Source: an uncultured Chloroflexia bacterium (GTDB taxonomy: Bacteria; Chloroflexota; Limnocylindria; Limnocylindrales; CSP1-4). From it: 64,000 bases of DNA. The stretch spans positions 8,709-72,708 of the forward strand of contig CAWIGT010000006.1 of NCBI GenBank assembly GCA_963835845.1. Reading direction: 5' to 3'. Shown piece by piece: positions 1 through 8,283 of the stretch (position 1 is its first letter; each line of letters begins with the position of its first letter). The position numbers and the translations under genes are program-made. Under the pieces are notes generated by a model, which was not told where the DNA came from, made no database searches, and saw only the letters and a program-made list of their open reading frames with translations.

Positions 1-2120
1 CGCCGACGAGGGCTACGCCCTGCATTCGGATCTCGAGGTCCGGGCGAGGCGCGTACTTCATGGCGAGCGACGCGGCGTCGAGGGCCAGGAGCCGGATGTT
101 GCGAGCCAGGATCTCGGCCCGGGTCGACGGCGGCAGAGCGGCCCAGATCTCTTCCGGATCGCGTCAGCGGCGTCGGCACGAAGACCGTGCCGCCGTCCAC
201 GAGCCCGGCAAGCGGATCGCCCTGCTTGAACGAGTTGGTGTCGAAGAGCGGCACGAAGTCGACTTCGGTCAGCTCGTTGTGGAGCCGGATCGGCTCCTCG
301 GCGATCGTCAGGAAGTAGGTCGTGGGCAGGCCCTTCTTCTCCGAGCCGTAGCGCGGATAGGCCTGGACGTACAGGTTGAACAGCTCGCCGACGGTCGTCG
401 CCACGAGCTTGTTCGTGGTGACGATGCCGAAGCCGCCGACCGAATGGCCGCGCAGGCTGTAGGCGCCCTTGGGGCGGATGTTCAACCCGTTGTTGGGGAG
501 GGCCAGCGGATGACGGATGCCAAGCACTGCTCGGCGCTGCTCCTTGACCGCCTTCTCGTCGGCCATCCAGTCGAAGACCGCGCCGAGGTCGCCCGGCTGG
601 ATGTCGCGAGAGCCGAGGCCGGCGGAGGCGGATACGACACGCGGCATAGGGGCGCCGTCCATGGCCGCGTCGGCCAGGGCGGACTTGAGCTCGCGGGTGA
701 GCGGGTTGTCGGCTGCCGCCGGCTCGTCCGTCCGCTCCACGACGGCCACGACCTTGGCGTTGCCAGCGCCTCCGCCAGCTGAGTCGGCCGGGAACGGGCG
801 GAAGCTGGTGACGGTGATGCAGCCGACCTTGCGGCCTTCGGCGCGGTACGCGTCGACGACTGCCAGCGCGGTGTCCGCCATCGTCCCCATCGAGACCATG
901 ACGTAGTCCGCATCTTCGTCTTGTAAGGAGTCGATCAGGCCGTAGTGGCGGCCGGTCAGGGCCTCCCACTCGGCCATTGCCCGCTCGACGATCTGCGGCA
1001 GGCGGTCGTACCAGGAGCGCTGGGCGATGCGGCCCTTCATGTACGCGTCCTGGTTCTGGACGACGCCGGACATCAGGGCGTCTTCCGTGTCGAACAGGTC
1101 ACGCACGGTCTTGCGCGGATCGCCGACGAATCGCCGGAGGAGGTCGTCCTCGGGCAGCTGGACGTTCTCGATGGTGTGGGTGGTGAGGAAGCCGTCCTGG
1201 GCCACGAACCAGGGCGTCTCGCCGTCTTCGGCGACACGTCGGGCGATCGCGGTGAGGTCTGCCGCTTCCTGGCAATTGCGGGCGAAGAACATGCCCCAGC
1301 CGCTGTCCGCGACGCCCATCATGTCGTCATGACCGGCGTGGATATTCAGGCTCTGACTGGTCAGGGCGCGCGCGCCGACGTGGAAGACGGCCGGAAGCCG
1401 CTTGCCGGCGATGACGTACAGGACTTCCTTCATCAGGATGAGGCCCTGTCCGGCGGTGAAGTTCGTGACTCGGCCGCCCGCCAGGGCGAAGCCTTCGGCG
1501 GCCGAGGCGGAGGAATGCTCCGACTCCGGCTCGACGAACTTCAGGGTTGTTCCCCAGAGGTTGGGGGTGCCGTTGGCCACGGCGACCTGGTAGACCGCCG
1601 CCATGGTCGTCGACGGCGTAATCGGATAGGCGCAGGCGCCGTCACTGATACGCGTCTCGACATAGGCGATGGCTTCCGAGCCGTCGATGATGGCCGGAAT
1701 GCCTGGAAATTCTGGAGTCGGGGTATTCGTCACGATGCTCGGTTCACTCAATGCACGCAGCTGGCGGGCCAGCGCGCTTCCGTCCAAGTGCTTGAGCAGG
1801 GTGCCGCCAATCCCGCTGGCGACTGCCTCGCGCTGCTCGTCTGCATGCCAGTAGGAAGCCAGCACGGCGATCCGACCCGCAGGGATCAGATCGCGCAGAG
1901 CAGCAACCATAGGCTTCCATCCCCCGGCGACATCGGCATCGAGCAGCACAACGTCGGGGCGAGCCGCGGCCGACTCACGCGCGGCAAATTCACACGACGC
2001 CTGAGCGACGATGAAACCATGACGCGAGAGGTGGTCGCAGAGAGCCTCGGTTGCGGCGCGGTGCTGACTGACAATGAGCAGTCGGCGCACGGGTTCCTGG
2101 GTATCAGCGAGCATGCTCAT
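1..2120 (-). CDS. Pyruvate:ferredoxin/flavodoxin oxidoreductase (homodimeric NifJ/YdbK-type PFOR). Only the N-terminal ~700 aa are present because the 3' end runs off the window. An in-frame N-terminal receiver domain precedes it, and there is an apparent 1-nt frameshift near 160-165.
   Basis: My own minus-strand translation; the ORF is absent from the track because it has no stop in the window. It reads PAIIDGSEAIAYVETRISDGACAYPITPSTTMAAVYQ, GQGLILMKEVLYVIAGKRLPAVFHVGARAL, VMVSMGTMADTALAVVDAYRAEGRKVGCITVTSFRPFP and GSEKKGLPTTYFLTIAEEPIRLH. After ...VFVPTPLT the conserved continuation DPEEIWAALPPSTRAEILARNIRLLALDAASLAMKYAPRPDLEIRMQGVALVG is in another frame. Confidence 0.85.
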   Translation of the reverse strand, partial: MSMLADTQEPVRRLLIVSQHRAATEALCDHLSRHGFIVAQASCEFAARESAAARPDVVLLDADVAGGWKPMVAALRDLIPAGRIAVLASYWHADEQREAVASGIGGTLLKHLDGSALARQLRALSEPSIVTNTPTPEFPGIPAIIDGSEAIAYVETRISDGACAYPITPSTTMAAVYQVAVANGTPNLWGTTLKFVEPESEHSSASAAEGFALAGGRVTNFTAGQGLILMKEVLYVIAGKRLPAVFHVGARALTSQSLNIHAGHDDMMGVADSGWGMFFARNCQEAADLTAIARRVAEDGETPWFVAQDGFLTTHTIENVQLPEDDLLRRFVGDPRKTVRDLFDTEDALMSGVVQNQDAYMKGRIAQRSWYDRLPQIVERAMAEWEALTGRHYGLIDSLQDEDADYVMVSMGTMADTALAVVDAYRAEGRKVGCITVTSFRPFPADSAGGGAGNAKVVAVVERTDEPAAADNPLTRELKSALADAAMDGAPMPRVVSASAGLGSRDIQPGDLGAVFDWMADEKAVKEQRRAVLGIRHPLALPNNGLNIRPKGAYSLRGHSVGGFGIVTTNKLVATTVGELFNLYVQAYPRYGSEKKGLPTTYFLTIAEEPIRLHNELTEVDFVPLFDTNSFKQGDPLAGLVDGGTVFVPTPLTRSGRDLGRSAAVDPGRDPGSQHPAPGPRRRVARHEVRASPGPRDPNAGRSPRR
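1760..2090 (-). other. Atypical CheY-like receiver (REC) domain, in frame with the PFOR body
   Basis: The translation reads VRRLLIVSQHRAATEALCDHLSRHGFIVAQASCEFAARESAAARPDVVLLDADVAGGWKPMVAALRDLIPAGRIAVLASYWHADEQREAVASGIGGTLLKHLDGSALARQLRAL. The phospho-acceptor Asp context (LLDAD), the Ser (VLAS) and the Lys (LLKH) are present. The N-terminal acidic pair is replaced by SQ. Confidence 0.6.
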
Positions 2121-2393
2121 AGGGTGCGCCCGAGGCTCCATCGCCCGTAGCGACAGGGCTCCCTAAGAGCGGGGGCCATATGGCCCGCGGAGGCACGGAA
2201 CCGTACGGGCGGCCACCGCTCCTTAGGGTGGGTATCGGCCGCCGGACGGGCGGCAGATATGGGGACTCGCGGCCCAGCGTCGGGGCCCTTGCGGCCCCCC
2301 GCCAAACCTGCTCCGGGCGGGGACGACATGCCCGCGGCGGAGGGCCATTCGGCACTGCGCAGGCGGCGTACATGCACGCAGACTTCTGTGCGT

Positions 2394-2433
2394 GACGAAC
2401 GCCGGAGGGGACGCCCGGCGTTCGTCCTTTTTT
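2394..2433 (+). terminator. Rho-independent terminator with no upstream plus-strand gene
   Basis: A perfect 12-bp stem, GACGAACGCCGG / CCGGCGTTCGTC, has a 9-nt loop and is followed by C-TTTTTT. The T-run is on the plus strand only. Confidence 0.6.
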
Positions 2434-2720
2434 GTGCGCCGACTCGGCAGCTGAGGGACATCGACTCCGGCCGGGGCATCCGGTCCAGGCATCCCGCCCC
2501 GGCGGGTGGCGACTCGCGAGCGGCTGCTGAGCCACGGCCCCGGGCGGGGCCGCGGAGATTTGCTCAATATCGCCCTGAGAAGTACTAAATGGGTGAAGCG
2601 GCGGCCCACCCTCTTGGGATCGGCCAAAGACGCCGCTCCAGGCCCGCAGTTAGTCGCCGGCGACTATCGATCGCCGTGAAATGCCCGTCCATCGGAGGTG
2701 GTCGTCGCTTTGTATTGCTG

Positions 2721-3020
2721 CGGCCGATATTGGGCGGGGTCGAGGCCGCAAACCCGCTTCCTCGGCTCGCCGGCCGATATTGGGCGGGGTCGAGGCCGCA
2801 AACCCGCTTCCTCGGCTCGCCGGCCGATATTGGGCGGGGTCGAGGCCGCAAACCCGCTTCCGCGGCTCGCCGGCCGATATTGGGCGGGGTCGAGGCCGCA
2901 AACCCGCTTCCTCGGCTCGCCGGCCGATATCGGGCGGGGTCGAGGCCGCAAACCCGCTTCCTCGGCTCGCCGGCCGATATTGGGCGGGGTCGAAGCCGCA
3001 AACCCGCTTCCTCGGCTCGC
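2721..3020. repeat. Tandem array of six 50-bp units with no spacers
   Basis: The unit cggccgatattgggcggggtcgaggccgcaaacccgcttcctcggctcgc starts at 2721, 2771, 2821, 2871, 2921 and 2971. There are only 3 substitutions in total, and a partial seventh unit follows at 3021. Confidence 0.97.
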
Positions 3021-3045
3021 CGGCCGCCGCCCGCCGCTCGCCAGC

Positions 3046-4338
3046 CTAGAGTTCGTGGTATTGCTTCGCGTAGGCCGTGAGCTCGTCGCGGAAATCGGGG
3101 TGGGCGATCGCGATCAGGCGCTTGGCGCGTTCGCGGAAGCTCTGACCGAACAGCTCGGCCACGCCGAATTCCGTGACTACAGTTCGGACGTGTGAACGAG
3201 TGGTCGTGACGCCTGCCCCTTCCCTGAGGCTGATCGTGATGCGGGAGAACTTGCCGTCGGCGGCCGTCGACGGCAGGGCGATGATGGCCCGCCCTTCCTC
3301 GGCGAGCGCCGCGCCGCGGATGAAGTCCATCTGCCCGCCCACGCCGCTGTACATGCGCCGGCCCGATCGAGTCGGCGCACACCTGGCCGGTCAGGTCGAC
3401 CTCGATGGCCGAGTTGATGGCGCACATGCGCCGGAAGCGGCGGATGACGGCCGTGTCGTTCGTGTAGTCGACCGGCGCATCTCGACCATCGGGTTGTCGT
3501 CGACGAAGTCGTAGAGCCGCTGCGTGCCCATCATGAAGGCGGCCACGATCTTGCCGCGGTCGAGCTCCTTGCGATCGCAGGTGACGACGCCCGCCTCGAC
3601 GAGGTCGACGAGCAGCGTCGGTGAACATCTCGGTGTGGATGCCGAGGTCCCGCTTGTCGCCGAGCGCAGGCGCCGACGGCGCTCGGGATGGCGCCGATGC
3701 CCATCTGGAGCGTGGCTCCGTCCGGGATGAGGTCGGCGACGTACTCGGCCGATGCGCCGCTCGATCTCGCCCGGCTCGCCGATCCTCGTAGGTCGTACGG
3801 CGGCCGGTCGACCTCGATCGCGAGATCGATCTCGCTCACGTGGAGGAAGCTGTTGCCCAGCGTCCGGGGCCATGCGCTTGTTGACCTGGGCGATGACCGA
3901 TCTTGGCGCGAGCGGACGGCCGTCAGCATGGCGTCGACGGACGGGCCCAGCGAGCAGAAGCCGTGCTCGTCGGGCGGGGTCACGTTGATGAACACGACGT
4001 CGAGCGGAATCAGGCCGCGAGTCGAACAGCTGCGGGATGTCCGAGAGGAAGACGGGGATGAACTCCGCTCGACCCTCGTTGACCGCCCTGCCGCGCGTTC
4101 GGGCCGATGAACAGCGCGCGATGCCGGAAATGCCCTTCCATCTCGGGCGCGAGGTGGGGTGCGGGCCCTCGGCGTGCATGTGGACGATCTTGACGTCGTC
4201 GAGCGGGTGCGCGCGCCACCAGCGCGTCGAGCAGCATCGATGGCGTGGCCGGCCGCGCCGTGCATGAAGATCTGCTGGCCGGACTGGATCCCGGAAACGG
4301 CTTCCGAGGTGTCACGAGCGCATGACCAGAGCCTGCAT
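3046..4338 (-). pseudogene. Acetyl-CoA hydrolase/transferase family gene (4-hydroxybutyrate CoA-transferase-like), with the conserved sequence scattered over all three frames
   Basis: Conserved blocks are found in different minus-strand frames: SEAVSGIQSGQQIFMHGAA / ATPSMLLDALVARAP / LDDVKIVHMHAEGP / APHLAPEMEGHFRHRALFIGPNARQ / AVNEGRAEFIPVFLSDIPQLFDSR / LIPLDVVFINVTPPDEHGFCSLGPSVDAMLTAVRS / VIAQVNKRM / PRTLGNSFLHVSEIDLAIEVDRPPYDL / AEYVADLIPDGATLQMGIGAIPSAV / LLVDLVEAGVVTCDRKELDRGKIVAAFMMGTQRLYDFVDDNPMVEM / PVDYTNDTAVIRRFRRMCAINSAIEVDLTGQVCADSIGP / MYSGVGGQMDFIRGAALAEEGRAIIALPST...IAHPDFRDELTAYAKQYHEL. Confidence 0.8.
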
Positions 4339-4449
4339 GACGGCCGGACCGTCGGTAAGGTCCGAACCCGCGACCCGATACGGCCGGAGGCACGTCGACG
4401 GGATTGCTCGGCGCCGCGCGTCGGGAACCCCGCGATACGCGCGCGCCTT

Positions 4450-5109
4450 TCATGCCGGTGGCGGGCCACGAACGCGGCGGCCTGCGGCGCGGCGCTCGAG
4501 GTTCAGCTTGGAGAGGATGGAGCTGACGTAGTTCTTGACCGTCTTGTCGGACAGGAAGACCTCGGAGGCGATCTCCTTGTTCGTCTTGCCCTCGGCGACG
4601 AGCAGCAGGATCTTCTGCTCCTGCTGGGTCAGCTGCGCCATCTCGTCCGTGTACGTGCCGGTGGCGATGCGGCGGACGCGGTCGAGGACCTTCTCGGTCA
4701 CCGCCGGGTCGAGCAGCGACTCACCGCGGCCGACCGACTCGAGCGCCGCGACGAGATCGCGGCCGCGGATCTGCTTGAGCAGGTAACCGCAGGCGCCGGC
4801 GACGATCGCCGAGAGGACCGCTTCCTCGTCGGGGTAGCTGGTCAGGATCACGACCCGCGTGGCGGGGAATTCGGCGCGGATCTCGCGACAGGCCTCGATG
4901 CCCGAGCCGTCGGGCAGGCGAACGTCCATGACGACGAGGTCGGGCTCGAACTTGCGAGCCATCTCGATGGCCTCCGCCGCGGTGCCCGCCTCGGCGACGA
5001 CCTGGAAGTGCTCGCGTCGCTCGAGCAGCGACACGAGGCCCTGGCGGACGACCTCATGGTCGTCGACCACGAGAAGCCGCAAGGGGCGAGCCTCGATCTG
5101 GTCGGTCAT
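4450..5109 (-). CDS. NarL/LuxR-family response regulator (DevR/DosR-like), intact
   Basis: MTDQIEARPLRLLVVDDHEVVRQGL...LVVMDVRLPDGSGIEACREIR...LTQQEQKILLLVAEGKTNKEIASEVFLSDKTVKNYVSSILSKLNL. This is the C-terminal part of the chimeric track ORF 4450..6330. Confidence 0.9.
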   Translation of the reverse strand: MTDQIEARPLRLLVVDDHEVVRQGLVSLLERREHFQVVAEAGTAAEAIEMARKFEPDLVVMDVRLPDGSGIEACREIRAEFPATRVVILTSYPDEEAVLSAIVAGACGYLLKQIRGRDLVAALESVGRGESLLDPAVTEKVLDRVRRIATGTYTDEMAQLTQQEQKILLLVAEGKTNKEIASEVFLSDKTVKNYVSSILSKLNLERRAAGRRVRGPPPA

Positions 5110-6686
5110 GGTCTCCTCGTTCGGCGACGCCGCTGGATACTTCGCGGCGAGGCACTTCCACGATGATACGCGTGCCGAGCGCCAGGCCCGCTCTGGACCT
5201 CCAGTCGGCTCCCGACAGACGAAGCTCGGGCGCGCATGTTGCCCAGGCCCTGGTGGCCCGATGCCGCGCGGTTTGTGCGGGTCGAAGCCCACTCCGTTGT
5301 CGCTGATGATGAGCTTGATCCCGCCATCGTCGGTCTCGACGTGGACGCTGCCGCGAGTGGCCCTGGAGTGGCGGGCGACGTTGCTGAGCGCCTCGCGTGC
5401 GATTGCAGCAGCTGGCCGATCAGCTCGGGCGAGCAGGTCGGAGTCCCGGGCGTTGGACGCGTCGAGATCGACGTCGATCATGCTGTTGACTCGGAACTCG
5501 TCGGCGAGGGCGGCGAGCGCCGCCGACGAGGCCGGCCTGCTCGAGCAGCTCGGGCCGGAGCCCGAAGATGAAGTTGCGGATGTCGCGGATCGACAGGTTG
5601 AGCGAGTCGATGGCGCGCTCGACTCGGGCGCGAGCCTCCGTCGGGCTCTTCCGCCATCAGCTCCGGCACGTCCTCGAGCGACAGGCCGACGGCGTAGATG
5701 CTCTGGATGATGCCGTCGTGCAGGTCGCGGCCGATCCGCTCGCGCTCCTCGACGATGGCCAGCCGCTGGACCTGCTCGTGCAGCCGGGCGTTCTCGATGG
5801 CGATGCCCGGCATGCAGCGCGAACATCTCGACCAGTCGCTCGTCGTCCTCGGTGAAGTCGCCAGAGGGCAGCTTGTTGGTCAGGTAGAGTCGGCCGATCG
5901 ACCGGCCCTTCGCGCCGATCGGCACGCCCAGCAGCGAGTGCATCGGCCGGGTGGTTCGGCGGGAAGCCGAAGCGTCGCGGGTCCGTCGCGATGTCATGGT
6001 ACTCGGAGAGGTCGAGCTTCTCGGGCGATGACGCCCAGCAGACCGTGGCCGTGCGGCATGGGCCCGATCCGCTCGCGCTCCGCGCGGCTGATTCCGCTCG
6101 TGATGAACCGCTCGATGCCGAAGTCCTGATCGACGATACCCAGCGCCGCGTACTGCGCGTGGGCAAGCTCGCGGACGCGATCGGTGATCAGCTGGAGGAC
6201 GCGGTCCAGGTCCAGAACGCCGGCGATGCCACGCGTGGCGGTGTCCATCGCCGCGAGCTCGTCGGTGGCCTGTCCGGCACGGGCGCGGGACCAGGCGGAG
6301 CCGATCACGATCTCCAGACCGCGGGCACATTCGTCGACCGAGAAGACGGCCGCGGGCGGGGCATCCAGCTGCAGCGTGGCGAGGACTCGATCGCCGAAAC
6401 GCAACTCGTACGTTCGGAGGCCGGCCGTCTCGGCCCCGGGATCGAGCAGGCGGCCGCTGCGCAATTCCACCTCGTCGAGGGGTGCTGCGTAGAGGTGGAG
6501 GTGGCCGCCGCCCAATCCGGAACTGGATACGACCCTCTCGAACGCCTCGTTCAGCAGCTGGTGGGTGTCGGGCCCCGGCCCGCCGCGCCAGGCTTCGAGC
6601 GCCGCCGACATCTCCCTCAACCCGAGCAGGCCGGTAGTGTCGGGGCCCTCCCGGCTGCTGTTCGGCGTTGAATGAGTTGCGCTCAT
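5110..6686 (-). pseudogene. GAF-domain sensor histidine kinase (DevS/DosT-like, HisKA_3 type) with multiple frame switches
   Basis: The GAF part (DLDRVLQLITDRVRELAHAQYAALGIVDQDFGIERFITSGISRAERERIGPMPHGHGLLGVI) is in one frame. The rest follows in other frames: PEKLDLSEYHDIATDPRRFGFPPNHP, PMHSLLGVPIGAKGRSIGRLYLTNKLPSGDFTEDDERLVEMFALHAG, IAIENARLHEQVQRLAIVEERERIGRDLHDGIIQSIYAVGLSLEDVPELMAEEP, LAALADEFRVNSMIDV...IAREALSNVARHS...IISDNGVGFDP and HQGLGNMRARASSVGSRLEVQSGPG. Confidence 0.8.
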
Positions 6687-6968
6687 CTTTCGGAGACTAG
6701 CAGGCTGCCCGTCCGAGCGTTGGGGCCCACCCGGTCGTTGCGACGCGCTACGGCCCACGGCCTCGCCCGAATCCCCAAATCAGCGAGGGGCGCGGGGCCG
6801 GCTGGTGTCGGGGCGCCGCCGCCCGTTCGGCAGCTCGGGTTCGACTCAGGACGCCGTTGGGCCCGCCGGAACGGGCCGGAGGTCCCTTGGCCCTCCACCC
6901 GGCCGCGCCCACCCTTGCCCAACACGAAGACCGGCAGCATTCCAGCCTATCGGCCGGATGGACGGGTT

Positions 6969-7412
6969 ATGTCCCACCTCGAGACGATATTGCTTGCGAC
7001 CGACGGTTCTGCTGCGTCGGAGCACGCCAGCGAAGAGGCCATCGACCTCGCCACCCAGGTCGAGGCTCGCCTGCTCGTGGTCAGCGTTCTGAGCAATTCC
7101 GCTCGCCCCACCGAAGCATCCGCCGACGGGCTGGCCGACTCGCGCGACTCCCTGACGAGCAAGGCCCAGGCGATCGTGCAGCGGGCCAAGGCAGCCGGCG
7201 CCAACGCCACCTTCCTGGTGTGGGAGGGCGAGCCCGGCGAGGCGATTGTCGCTGCCGCCGATTCTGAGAACGCGGATCTGATCGTCGTCGGCTCGCACGG
7301 CCGCAGCGGCGTCAGCCGTTTCCTCATCGGCAGCGTCTCGGACTTCGTCGTGCGCCACGCCCACTGCCCCGTCATGGTGGTCCGCGGCAAGCTCGAGGTC
7401 GCCCGGCGCTAG
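6969..7412 (+). CDS. Universal stress protein (UspA family)
   Basis: MSHLETILLATDGSAASEHASEEAIDLA...DLIVVGSHGRSGVSRFLIGSVSDFVVRHAHCPVMVVR. The start is internal to track ORF 6672..7412. Confidence 0.9.
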   Translation: MSHLETILLATDGSAASEHASEEAIDLATQVEARLLVVSVLSNSARPTEASADGLADSRDSLTSKAQAIVQRAKAAGANATFLVWEGEPGEAIVAAADSENADLIVVGSHGRSGVSRFLIGSVSDFVVRHAHCPVMVVRGKLEVARR

Positions 7413-7461
7413 CGGCGCGGCCGCTCCCGGAGTTCCCCGCCGAGCCGTCCCCGCCGCTCCC

Positions 7462-8283
7462 CTACTTCGTGTAGGCGCCTTCCGGATCCAGTTCTGCCCG
7501 GATCAGCCGCAGCTCCTCCGGCGTGGGCGCCGGCGTGGTGGCGAGTGGCTCGGCGACCCGGACTTCCCAGCCCATCGTGTCGCGGACCTGCTGCAGCGTT
7601 GACCCGGGATGGATCGAGTCCAGCCGCATCTCGCCCGAGTCGTCGAAGTGATAGATGCCCAGATCCGTGACAACCACCGACGGCCCGCGACCGAGCCAGC
7701 CCTCCTCCCTGCGGATTCGAGCCGCCGCCTCGGCACCGCCCAGATTGCCGGGCGACGTCCGGAAATCGATCATGTCGACGAACGAACGCTTCGACTGGCG
7801 CATGATCACGAACACTTGCCGGGCGTTGATAGCGATCTCGCAGGCGCCGCCGGAGCCCGGCAGCCGCGTCTTCGGATGCTCGTAGTCGCCGATGACCGTG
7901 CTGTTGATGTTGCCGAAGCGGTCGATCTGGGCGGCGCCGAGGAAGCCGACGTCGACGAGCCCGCCCTGCAGGTAGAAGCTGAATAGCTCGAACATCGAGA
8001 CGGCGGCGGTCGCTCCGGTGACGATCGTCGGGTCACCGATGCTCAGCGGCAGTCTCGCGGGCTTTGCGCCGAATGCGCCCGACTCGTAGACCAGTTCGAG
8101 TTTGGGGGCGACGGTGAGCCGAGCCAGATTGACCGCGATGTTCGGCAACCCGACACCGACGAAGCAGACGCGCTGGCCGGCAAGCTCGCGGGCGGCGGCC
8201 ACGATCATCATCTCGGATTTGCTGAACGCGGCCGAGGACGTGGCCGGAACCTCGGCCGGGACGGCGGCGCGCGGCTCGCTCAT
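7462..8283 (-). CDS. CoA-transferase subunit B (glutaconate CoA-transferase GctB-like)
   Basis: MIVAAARELAGQRVCFVGVGLPNIAVNLA...GAAQIDRFGNINSTVIGDYEHPKTRLPGSGGACEIA. An ATGA overlap with subunit A places the start at 8283. Confidence 0.85.
   Translation of the reverse strand: MSEPRAAVPAEVPATSSAAFSKSEMMIVAAARELAGQRVCFVGVGLPNIAVNLARLTVAPKLELVYESGAFGAKPARLPLSIGDPTIVTGATAAVSMFELFSFYLQGGLVDVGFLGAAQIDRFGNINSTVIGDYEHPKTRLPGSGGACEIAINARQVFVIMRQSKRSFVDMIDFRTSPGNLGGAEAAARIRREEGWLGRGPSVVVTDLGIYHFDDSGEMRLDSIHPGSTLQQVRDTMGWEVRVAEPLATTPAPTPEELRLIRAELDPEGAYTK

Noticed and set aside
945-2150. A 401-aa plus-strand ORF. Similar long ORFs occur at 13403-15091, 39146-40402, 41834-42967, 47072-48406, 50083-51840 and 52740-54316.
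   Set aside because: These are antisense or off-frame shadows of clearly homologous genes on the other strand or frame. Their Arg/Gly/Pro/Ala-dominated, family-less translations are typical of stop-poor ~70% GC DNA.
2721-3020. The 50-bp repeat array as a possible CRISPR locus
   Set aside because: The units are directly abutting with no unique spacers. The 50-bp unit is longer than typical CRISPR repeats, and no cas genes or leader are nearby.
4450-6330. A 626-aa ORF that would fuse a kinase and a response regulator
   Set aside because: It is a chimera. Only the last 219 codons (from MTDQIEARPL at 5109) form the regulator. The upstream part mixes one true kinase segment with out-of-frame read-through.
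6830-6850. A T-loop-like GGTTCGACTC suggesting a tRNA
   Set aside because: No acceptor, D or anticodon stems can be folded around it, and I found no other tRNA-like cloverleaf anywhere in the window.
6859-6896. Palindromes GGCCCG-N6-CGGGCC and GGAGGTCC-ctt-GGCCCTCC between the GAF kinase and the USP as a DosR box
   Set aside because: Neither matches the known DosR/DevR consensus (GGGAC-N4-GTCCC core). GC-rich palindromes of this size are common here.
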